From Octopus sinensis (Eukaryota), in NCBI RefSeq assembly GCF_006345805.1, contig NW_021826903.1:1-11720 (forward strand): a stretch of DNA of 11,720 nt, written 5' to 3'. The notes under the pieces were generated by a model, which saw only the letters and a list, made by a program, of their open reading frames with translations, was not told the origin of the DNA and did not search any database. Shown here one piece after another: positions 1 to 8,760 of this stretch. The position numbers were made by a program, and so were the translations under genes. The number at the start of each line of letters is the position of its first letter. The first letter of the stretch is position 1.

Positions 1-82
1 GAGGAGGAGGAGGGGGCAGGATTGGGAGGAAGCAACAGCGTTGGCATGAAAATCAATAAGAGCGAATTAATAAAAAACAATC

Positions 83-282
83 TGTCTCAACGTGGTCAAT
101 TGCCTCGCTACAAATAGCAGCAAAATCAACCTCCAAATCCTCTCATCGACTTAAAGATGGAAAGGACACATCAGAAAATACAAACCTAAGTAGACAATTT
201 TTTTTTTTTGAAAGGCGAGACGGTTGAGACTCTAATCATAAACCTGCTCGAACAGGGCTATTGTTTATTAAGGAATAAACAA
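83..282 (+). mobile_element. Short dispersed repeat family B, copy 1 (no tRNA head; candidate HDV-like-ribozyme-headed non-autonomous retroelement)
   Basis: Shares ordered motifs with 6020-6232, 6273-6440 and 9287-9507(-): gcta(c/g)aaatagcagc, aaggacac, ctgctcga(a/t)cagggct and an a(t/c)aaacaa 3' end. Confidence 0.65.
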
Positions 283-336
283 TGGCATTGGTAAATATAT
301 CTGTGAATATAAGAGTTGGGGGCTGTCATGCACTCT

Positions 337-733
337 CTCTTTTACTCTTTTACTCTTTTACTTGTTTCAGCTCATTTGACTGCGGCCATGCTGGAGCACC
401 GCCTTTAGTCGAGCAAATCTACCCCGGGACTTATTCTTTGTAAGCCATACTTATTCTATCGGTCTCTTTTGCCGAACCGCTAAGTGACGGGGACGTAAAC
501 ACACAGCATCGTTGTCAAGCAATGCTAGGGAGACAAACCACACATACATATATATATATACCATATATACGACCAGGCTTCTTTCAGTTTCCGTCTACCA
601 ATCCTCTCACAAGGCATTGGTCAGCCCGGGGCTATAGCAGAAGACACTTGCCCAAGATGCCACGCAGTGGGACTGAACCCGGAACCATGTGGTTGGTTAG
701 CAAGCTACTTACCACACAGCCACTCCTGCGCCT
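337..733 (-). mobile_element. tRNA-derived SINE family A (CORE-like, octopus OR2-like), near full length
   Basis: Minus strand has A-box-like TGGCTGTGTGG, B-box-like GGTTCAGTCC, CORE-like tcttgggcaagtgtctt, an internal (TA)/(TG) tract and an (AAAAGAGT)n tail. Highly similar to 7263-7675. Confidence 0.9.
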
Positions 734-735
734 AT

Positions 736-915
736 ACTGAAATACTAATGATCTGGGATGTAGCAAATCGACACAGACACAGAGTTCAAGGATAAAAGGC
801 CAGATATTGTTCTCGAACACCACTTAAAAAAAAGTAACTGAATCTTAATGGAGGGTAAACTCCATCAGACGATCAGACGATTGTGTAAAACTAAAGGAAA
901 TTGATAAACTGTCAT
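736..915 (+). mobile_element. Decayed restriction-like endonuclease (RLE) fragment of an R4/Dong-type non-LTR retrotransposon
   Basis: Manual translation with frameshifts gives WDVA-IDTDTEFKDKRPDIVLEHHLKKSN*ILME..PSDDCVKLKEIDKLS. This matches the WDxxIxTD..RPDIV..D/E..P.D....KE.EK..KY pattern of RLE domains. Confidence 0.7.
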
Positions 916-918
916 ATA

Positions 919-1189
919 CGTGCAGGCGTGGCTTTGTGGACAAGTGCAAGTGGGACTGTGTGGTAAGATAGTTTCTTCCCAACTATATAGTTCCGGGTTC
1001 AGTCCTACTGCGTGGAACCTTGGGCAAATGTCTTCTACTATAGCCCCGAGCCGACCAGGGCTTTGTGAGTGGATTTGGAAGGCAGAGACTGAAAGAAGCC
1101 TGTCGTATATACATGTGGGTGTGGGTGTGTGTGTCTTCGTGTTTGCTTGTCCAACCACCACTTGACAGGCGGTGTTTGTGTGTTTACAT
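919..1189 (+). mobile_element. SINE family A copy, 3'-truncated, older/diverged
   Basis: ctgtgtggtaag...ccgggttcagtcctactgcgtggaaccttgggcaaatgtcttctactatagcc...gactgaaagaagcc. Ends at tgtttacat, where the LINE fragment begins. Confidence 0.88.
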
Positions 1190-1820
1190 TCTGGTCTATC
1201 TCTGGTAATTCATGGTTCTTCCAAGATACTATTACTGCCCCATATCTCATCAAAGCAACTGCCCACGTGTTAATTGCTCTAGTTTTATGACGGCCATTTA
1301 GCTTCGATTGGAGCACAAGCCGAATTCTCCTCAAATACTTTTTCCTGTATATTTCTTTCATCTTGTGTTCATTCATCTTATCTCTTTCAATGACACCCAG
1401 GTACTTATATCCATCCTCTCCAGCTTCCTTTATATTTCACCACTTTCTAGCTTGATCACATGGCTTTTACTGATTTTTCCCCATTTTGAGAATCATTACA
1501 CCACATTTCTCGATCCCAGATTCCATGACAATATCTTTGCGAATCATCTGCACAGTTGACGTCAAACGCTCATAAACCACAGGTTGTTGTTTACTTTCAC
1601 CCTGCCTAGCATGTACCTGACACGCATCTTCCTTAAAACGCTTGTTAGTGGCAGTATACAGGCAACAAATAGGAGAGGTGACAGACTGTCCCCTTTGGAA
1701 GATTACTCTTTTGATATTTACCTCTCCCGGCTTATCTCCCCATGCTGTGAGTTCAGTTTGCCATGTTGTCATTGAATTTTGTATTAACTTCAGCATTAAC
1801 TAAAGGCATTCAATAATCTC
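1190..1820 (-). mobile_element. Decayed reverse transcriptase/thumb fragment of an R4/Dong-clade LINE (pseudogenised)
   Basis: With frameshifts: KLIQNSMTTWQTELTAWGDKPGEVNIKRVIFQ/GDSLSPLLFVACILPLT...DIVMESGIEKCG...GYKYLGVIERD...KKYLRRIRLVLQSKLNGRHKTRAINTWAVALMRYGA. These are typical R4/Dong RT motifs. Stops, frameshifts and loss of the catalytic DD are present. Confidence 0.9.
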
Positions 1821-1871
1821 TTCTTCTTCTCCTTCTTCTTCTTCTTCTTCTTCTTCTTCTCTTCTTTCTTC

Positions 1872-1924
<53 letters not shown>

Positions 1925-1936
1925 TACTCATTATTA

Positions 1937-1981
<45 letters not shown>

Positions 1982-2000
1982 CATCATTATTATTATTATT
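1819..2000. repeat. Compound microsatellite (TTC)n then (TTA)n
   Basis: Direct reading. Confidence 0.97.
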
Positions 2001-2222
2001 GCCTTTGCACAGCTTCTAATACCGGAGATGTATTTTATTTTTATAGCGTGCTTTCACTTCACTACCGAGCGCAGCTCTGTGTGCCTTGGTATGTGCTGTG
2101 ATTTGTTGTGATGCTCTGATGGTTATTGTATGGAAAGTGTTCTGCGTAGGATGTGTGCAGGCCTAGTAGTGCAATTTTCTGTATGTTATATGTGTTTGTA
2201 AGTCCTGGTTTTTTTGTTATGT
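2001..2222 (-). mobile_element. 3' end (ORF C-terminus plus 3' UTR) of an R4/Dong-type LINE, heavily 5'-truncated, within (TAA)n
   Basis: Minus strand reads PGLTNTYNIQKIALLG/(T)AHILRRTLSIQ* (one -1 frameshift; stop at 2123-2125). This resembles the IQK.ALLGTA.ILR..L terminus of R4/Dong ORFs. A 3' UTR follows and runs into (AAT)n. Confidence 0.75.
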
Positions 2223-2290
2223 ATTATTATTATTATTATTATTATTATTTTATTATTATTATATTATTATTATTATTATTATTATTATAT
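2223..2290. repeat. (TTA)n microsatellite
   Basis: Direct reading. Confidence 0.97.
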
Positions 2291-2616
2291 TGAGTGAGCT
2301 AGCAGAGCATGCCATCAAAGTGACACTGAGTTAAAATATACGAAGCCCAGTATACCCATCATGACTACCCGGCTGATAAGGGTACACCAGGCACATGCAT
2401 CATAACCATATGTGCATGACATGGTGATCTCATATCAAGATAAACAGCACATGACCTTGCAGGTGGGGCCCACTTAGAATTTTCTTCTCGTCGAGTAACC
2501 CATCCCGCTCAAAAGGTCCCTGAATAAGGGTTGTTTAGGGATGTTGAAAGAACCCCGATGTTTCCAGAGGTGAATTATTCAAACCCCAAAGAATCCCTCT
2601 CAACACATGGCTATGA
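2291..2616. mobile_element. Unclassified ~325-bp complex insert between (TTA)n arrays (probable retroelement fragment)
   Basis: High-complexity sequence sharply bounded by TTA arrays on both sides, with no convincing ORF. It resembles a repeat I recall from octopus DNA (unverified). Confidence 0.55.
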
Positions 2617-2632
2617 TATTATATTATTATTA

Positions 2633-2693
<61 letters not shown>

Positions 2694-3010
2694 CTCTCAT
2701 CATTATTATTATATTATTATATTATTATTATTATTATTATTATATTATTATTATTATTATTATTATTATCATTATTATTATTAATGTGTTGTTAATGGTG
2801 GTTATTGTGATAGTGGTGCTGGCTTTGCAGTTGGTACTGGAGGTGGTGGTAGTGGTGGTGTGGTGGTGGTGGTGGTGGTGGTGGTTGTCGTCGTCGTTTT
2901 AATTGTGGAGGTTGTGGTGGTGGATTCGTGTGCATGACTAGTGTGGCGTTGTTAATTGTTGCCGTGGTGTTTATAGCATTGTCATCGTCGTCGTCGTCGT
3001 CGTCGTTCTT
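2617..3010. repeat. (TTA)n followed by degenerate (GTG)/(GTT)/(TCG) triplet repeats
   Basis: Direct reading. Source of the polyL/polyY/polyW ORFs. Confidence 0.93.
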
Positions 3011-3269
3011 ATCGCTGGTGGTGGTGGGTTCTGATGGCGCTGTACTTTTGTGCTTTTCGGTGGCGGACTTTATGCAGACGTTGCTGCCGGTGGCTTGTGT
3101 TATGGTTGTAACTTTTGATAAGATTAGCGTTAAATACTTTTAGAGTAAAAATTATTCAACCCTGACACGTCTAGAATTACAGTGAAATCAATTAGAATAC
3201 AAGAGGAAAAATAGAAAGCAATGGACGAGAAAACAATGCAAACATTGTTCCATACTCATGCATACTACA

Positions 3270-3672
3270 TTACGGTGGTCCATATACATATGCAGCCATG
3301 TTCAGGCACATATGTAGACAGTTACGCAGTTATGGGTACGCATGCGCACAAATTCATAATACACATTCACGTATATATGGATACGTGTAACAAATTATAC
3401 CTTCATACACATACGAACACCTACGCAGACACATACACACACATCTGTATATATATATATATTTATATATATATGTGTGTGTGTATGTGTGTGTGTGTGT
3501 ATGTGTATAAATATATATATATGTATGTATGTATGTGTATATATACATATGTGTATGTATATATATGTATATGTAAATATAAATATGTATGCATGTATTT
3601 ATATACATATATGCATGTATATAGGTATATATATATGTGTATATATATAGGTGTGTGTGTCTGTATGTATGC

Positions 3673-3726
<54 letters not shown>

Positions 3727-4187
3727 ATACATATAGGCATATATATACATATATATATTTATGTATTATATATATATATATATCTAATGCATGTATATAT
3801 ATTAGAATTATGGCCTACGCATGTAAACATATCTATGCATGTACACATATGCGAATATCTATACATTAATAACTTCACAGAAATATTTATACGCAATGAT
3901 ATGCAATACGCACAGCAACGTACGCACATATTTAACAAAAAATATGAAAACGCTAAGTTAATTACCCATGTTATTTGCGACACATACATGCAAACATATA
4001 CACAAATATACATACAAAAACTACCACATACACACGCAGACAAACATATACGTGTAAGTACATATACACACATACACATGCATTAACCACACAAATACGT
4101 AGGTGCATGCATATTATATATATATATATACACAGGTTTACTTATATTTACATAATACACACTCACACAATCACACACCACACACAG

Positions 4188-4233
<46 letters not shown>

Positions 4234-4470
4234 TATACACGTTTGCCTATAATGTATTCTTAATTATCCATATATATATATATATATGTATACGAATGCT
4301 TATGTATATATGTATGTATATATGTATACATGTATGTATATATACCTATGTATACATATACATATTTATATATATACAATATATATGTATATAATATATA
4401 TATATATATATGTATATATAATATATATATATATATATTAATTATATAATATATATATTATATATACCTA
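3270..4470. repeat. Large degenerate (TA)/(TG)/(CA) dinucleotide field
   Basis: Direct reading. Source of the IYIY/CVCV/HTHT ORFs. Confidence 0.93.
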
Positions 4471-4527
4471 TACATAACCACCCAGGCACGTCCACCTGGC
4501 ACTGTATACCATATGCTCGTAGTTGTG

Positions 4528-4549
4528 TTATTATTATTATTATTATTAT

Positions 4550-4617
<68 letters not shown>

Positions 4618-4653
4618 GCAGTAGTAGCACAGCAGCAGCAGCAGCAGCACAGC

Positions 4654-4693
<40 letters not shown>
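4528..4693. repeat. Compound triplet array (TTA)n-(GTA)n-(GCA)n-(GTA)n
   Basis: Direct reading. Confidence 0.97.
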
Positions 4694-5444
4694 TAATTAT
4701 TATCATCCTTATTTTTGTTATTATACAGAGAGACACGTCCAGAAATGCCGACACATGCGCATTCCCACACATAGACACGTACGTGCCCCCCCAAAAATAC
4801 ACGTAAAAAATCTCCATGTATATAACTAAACATACACATTGATTCACGCACAGATTTTGGGTTACACACCCACACATAACCACACAGACACATGCACGCA
4901 CATGCATTCACATACACACACACACACATTCATACACATATGCCCCCATCACGTACACACAAACGTACACCATACACAAAAACAATATTAATCTTAAGTC
5001 TACATATGTTGGTATCATTGTGGTTTTTGTTTCGTTGTATTTGTTTTTGCTGTTATTGTTATTGTTGTTGTGTGGTGTGGGTGGTGTCTTTTTGAGGCTA
5101 TATAATTATTTTCATTATTTTTTTTTATCATTTTTGCTTTAATTTATTCATCTTTATCATTTGAACCGAGTTTTCGCTCTCTCGTTCCTTTTCTTTGTCT
5201 CATCAGTTATTTATTTATTTGTTTGCGTGTTTGTTTGTTTGTTTGTTTATATCTTTTCGTCTTTCTTTCCTTCTGTCATTTTTACTTTGTTTGTTTGTTT
5301 GTTCGATTATTTGGTGCGGAGGAAGGGAGGGAGTGCAGCAGGAAAGTAGGGTGGTGGGATGCGTTTGTGTGCGACAATTATTTGAAGAAATTAAGCATCA
5401 TGGCCGCATTAATAAAAGATTATTACTTCACCCAACCCTGCCAC

Positions 5445-5995
5445 GACCACCACTAATACCACCACTACCACTATCACCGCAACCACTACCACCACCATCA
5501 TCATTAACTACATCGCCATTTCCACCACCACCATTGTCTCTATGAAGACTACGACGACCAACACAACCCCGTTACCACCACCGCCACCATTACTACTACC
5601 ACGTCTACTACTACCAGTAGTACTACTACAAGCAGTACATTTACTACTTCTGCCACCACTACTATCTTCACCACCATCAACAACAACACCTACGCTAGTG
5701 ACACCACCAACTACCCCACCGACAATCCTAATACTATTACCAGTACCTCCTCCCACAGCATTACCACTACCACAGTCAGTATCCTCACCACAACCAAAAC
5801 CATCGCCACCATTTTCCCAACAGCATCAATATCAATGTTCATCACTGCTTGAACTACCAGCATCACCGTCACCACCAAAACTACCACCGTAGCTACTACT
5901 CCTACTACCACCACTACCACCACCACCACCACCATCGCCGCGTCCCCATTAATACACCGCCAGCAACACCATTAGTAACACCTCCACCATTCACC
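5445..5995. repeat. Degenerate (CCA)/(CTA)/(CAA) triplet low-complexity region
   Basis: Direct reading. Source of the Pro/Thr-rich pseudo-ORFs. Confidence 0.88.
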
Positions 5996-6019
5996 GTTAC
6001 ATGATGTGATAATGAAAAA

Positions 6020-6232
6020 GCCCGTACACGGTCGATAATCGTGCTAGAAGTCATACGCTGGTGATTTACAAAGCAGGAAGGTCGATCTGAATGATGTTAC
6101 CCTTGGTGTACTATGTCTGAATAAAAGCTGATTACTGATGGTCATGGATGGAAATCATCTTACTGTAAGTCTGCTCGATCGAGTTGATCTGAAGGTTAAA
6201 CAAAAACAATAGCAATAATAACGACTGTACAA
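6020..6232 (+). mobile_element. Repeat family B copy 2 (diverged)
   Basis: gtgctagaa...gcaggaagg...gatggtcatggatggaa...tctgctcgatcgagttga...ttaaacaaaaacaat matches the other B copies. Confidence 0.6.
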
Positions 6233-6272
6233 TTCATACTTCCTGCTTTACATCGTTACGAGCCACATCTTC

Positions 6273-6440
6273 AAGCAGGAGCCTATGCTTGATCACCAGA
6301 CATTCTAGAAATAACAGCTAATGCACCTCAATAACATCTTATCCTCTCTTATTGTTGTTTTAATTTTTGTAAATAGAAGGAAAGCAGTGGATTCATATTG
6401 TCCTGTATCCAAAAACTGATGGGACAGTCATGGCTGAAAC
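6273..6440 (+). mobile_element. Repeat family B copy 3 (3'-incomplete)
   Basis: ggagcct...ctagaaataacagctaat...agaaggaaagcagtgga...gatgggacagtcatggctgaaa. Confidence 0.6.
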
Positions 6441-6462
6441 GGATTACATTATATCATATATG

Positions 6463-6794
6463 TTGGTGTTGCTGTTGTTGTTGTTGTTTTTGTTTGATCC
6501 TTTTCGAGCTAAGCCTGGCTCATAAGGGCCGGTTTCCCAGTTTCATTCGCGTTTAGGTTCCCCACCTGGACGGGACGCCGGCCTGTCGCAGGTGAGCTGC
6601 GAGATGTAGGAGGAAAGAGTGAGAGAAAGTTGTGGCAAAAGAGTCAGCAGAAGTTCGCCATTACCTTCTGCCAGAGCCGCGTGGAACTTAGTTGTTTCGC
6701 TCATAAACACACACATTGCCCGGTCTGAGATTCGAACCCGTGATTCCTCGACCGAGAGTCCGCTATTCTACCCACTATGCCATGTGCCTCCACT
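6463..6794 (-). mobile_element. tRNA-derived SINE family D, full length with (CAA)n tail
   Basis: Minus strand has A box TGGCATAGTGG, B box GGTTCGAATC, a central CT-rich module, a cctgcgacaggccggcgtcccgtccagg motif and a caa-rich tail at 6463-6495. Confidence 0.88.
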
Positions 6795-7262
6795 TATATC
6801 ATATATAGATCTGTTTGATCAAGCTTGACATTCCGCAAAGGAACAACAACAGCAGCAGCAGCATCAACAACAATAACAATGGAAAAAGCAGCAGACGTTA
6901 AAGACAAGATAAGAAGAAACAGAAGAAACTTAACGTTTCGGATAGGTGCACTTTGTCAAGAAAAAAATGAAGCATGTTGCATAATGCGAACGCTAATAAG
7001 TAAGGCGGCTGATATTTCTTAGAAGAAATACTGTTCTGATCAAAGAGCTCAGATGTAAGAGCGCATCATATACAATTTGCTTTTTATTGTCTATGTGGGC
7101 ATGTATGGATTTTCGACAAGCAGTTTTTATGAGCGTATTTGCGTGAGTCTGTGCGCGTATCTGCGTATGTATGGACAATTGTATAAAGTAATTATGCAAG
7201 GCAAAAAGTGTTTGAGCTCAGTCATAAAAAATAAAAAGTAAAATGTCCACAGAGCTTTTTAG

Positions 7263-7675
7263 TACTCTTTTACTCTTTTACTCTTTTACCAGTCATTTGA
7301 CTGCGGCCGTGCTGGAGCACCGCCTTCAATCGAGCAACTCGACCCCGGGACTTATTCTTTTGTAAGCCCAGTACTTATTCTATCGGTTTCTTTTTGCCGA
7401 ACCGCTAAGTAACGGGGACATAAACACACCAGCATCGGTTGTCAAGCAATGCTAGGGAGACAAACACAGACACACAAACACATACACACACATACGTATA
7501 TATATATATATACATATATACGACAGGCTTCTTTCAGTTTCCCTCTACCAAATCCACTCACAAGGCATTGGTCGGCCCGGGGCTATAGCAGAAGACACTT
7601 GCCCAAGATGCCACGCAGTGGGACTGAACCCGGAACCATGTGGCTGGTTAGCAAGCTACTTACCACACAGCCACT
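7263..7675 (-). mobile_element. SINE family A copy, lacking only ~9 nt of the 5' end
   Basis: Colinear with 337-733, including the (AAAAGAGT)n tail and internal CA/TA tract. Confidence 0.92.
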
Positions 7676-7936
7676 TAGTAGTATAATAATCCACATTTAT
7701 ATATATATATGTGGTGTGTGTATGCATGTATGCAACCACCACCACCAAATCGACGAAGACGGCGACGACCACCACCATCATCACCATCACCACCACTGCT
7801 GTCACCGCCACCACCAGTAGATGCGTCAGCATTAGCTAAAGTATCCAAAATATGCGAAGAATGAAAAGCAACACAAACGGAATGCAATCTAATTTCAAGC
7901 TCTAAGGAAGAATCTGAAATGCTTCAAACTGTGGCG

Positions 7937-8070
7937 TCTTTTACTCTTTTACTTGTTCCAGTCACTTGACTGTGGCCCTGCTGGAGCACCGCCTTTAGTC
8001 GAGCAAATCGTAGCCCAGCAATTATTCTATCGGTCTCTTTATGTATATATGAAACCGATATATATATCTA

Positions 8071-8136
<66 letters not shown>

Positions 8137-8575
8137 ATTGGAAGGTTTGGAGATGATGTACATATGTATTTTATATTAGAAGAAATGAGGTACTCAGAAA
8201 ATCGGATGGTTTATATTTACAGATATTTATTTGTATATTAGATTTTTTATGCATCATATCACTTAGATCATGTATTAGCGCTTTCTCCCATTCTAGTGGG
8301 GTTTTCAAATCAAACTTCACTTATATGATGTATAAAAATTAATATACAAATAAATATCTGTAAATATAAACCATCCGATTTTCTGAGTACCTCATTTCTT
8401 CTAATATATATATATATACGACGGGCTTCTTTCAGTTTCCGTCTACCAAATCCACTCAAAAGGCTTTGGTTGGCCTGAGGCTATAGCAGAAGACACTTGT
8501 CCAAGGTGCTACGCAGTGCGACTGGACCCGGAACCATGTGGTTCGTACGCAAGCTACTTACCACACAACCACTTC
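7937..8575 (-). mobile_element. SINE family A copy with internal deletions, split by a fold-back insertion in its internal (TA)n
   Basis: 3' part at 7937-8040 (two deletions relative to other copies) and 5' part at 8409-8575, separated by (TA)n and the 8139-8408 element. Confidence 0.88.
8139..8408. mobile_element. Fold-back element with ~86-bp inverted arms in (TA)n (MITE-like, or inverted Penelope-like terminus)
   Basis: Arm 8172-8259 is the reverse complement of 8323-8408 (outer ~68 bp identical), with a 63-nt spacer. The left arm has an extra unmatched 33 nt (8139-8171). Confidence 0.8.
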
Positions 8576-8602
8576 ACTCTTTATGAAGAAACAGGTTATA
8601 AC

Positions 8603-8760
8603 AATCCTCTCTACTAGAGGCACAAGGCAGAAACTTTTGGGGTGGGTGTGAGTCGATTGCATCAAACTCACATGTTTCTTTGATCTTGAAGGGATGAAAG
8701 ACAAAGTCAACCTCGGTGGAATTTGAGCATTTACTCCGGCGTGATAACGGTTCAACCAGC
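8603..8760 (-). mobile_element. SINE family C (Meta-like) decayed copy with internal deletion
   Basis: Matches 10381-10598: aggcacaagg, agtcgattgcatc, ggatgaaagacaaagtcaacctcggtggaatttga, then jumps to gcatttactccggcgtgataacg. Confidence 0.75.

Noticed and set aside
522-740. 72-aa ORF and its near-duplicate at 7449-7820, which look like a conserved gene pair
   Set aside because: Both are antisense readings of SINE family A, so the similarity comes from the repeat.
5161-5212. CUGAUGA...GAAA on the minus strand
   Set aside because: Stem II does not pair and stem I cannot form, so this is a chance core match.
2531-5935. Many ORFs rich in L/I/Y/V/H/T/P, resembling membrane, mucin or extensin proteins
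   Set aside because: They are translations of di- and trinucleotide microsatellites, with no domain motifs or splice evidence.
6715-6794. tRNA-like sequence with good A and B boxes
   Set aside because: It has no complete acceptor stem and continues into a SINE body and tail, so it is a SINE head and not a tRNA gene. The same applies to the family A and C heads.
6925-6965. GAAACGUU preceded by UUGACAA on the minus strand (possible decayed hammerhead)
   Set aside because: Two core mismatches, and stems I and II are not convincing.
6800-7255. Unique-looking stretch as a possible host exon
   Set aside because: Only short ORFs, with no recognisable protein motif and no convincing splice-site pair.
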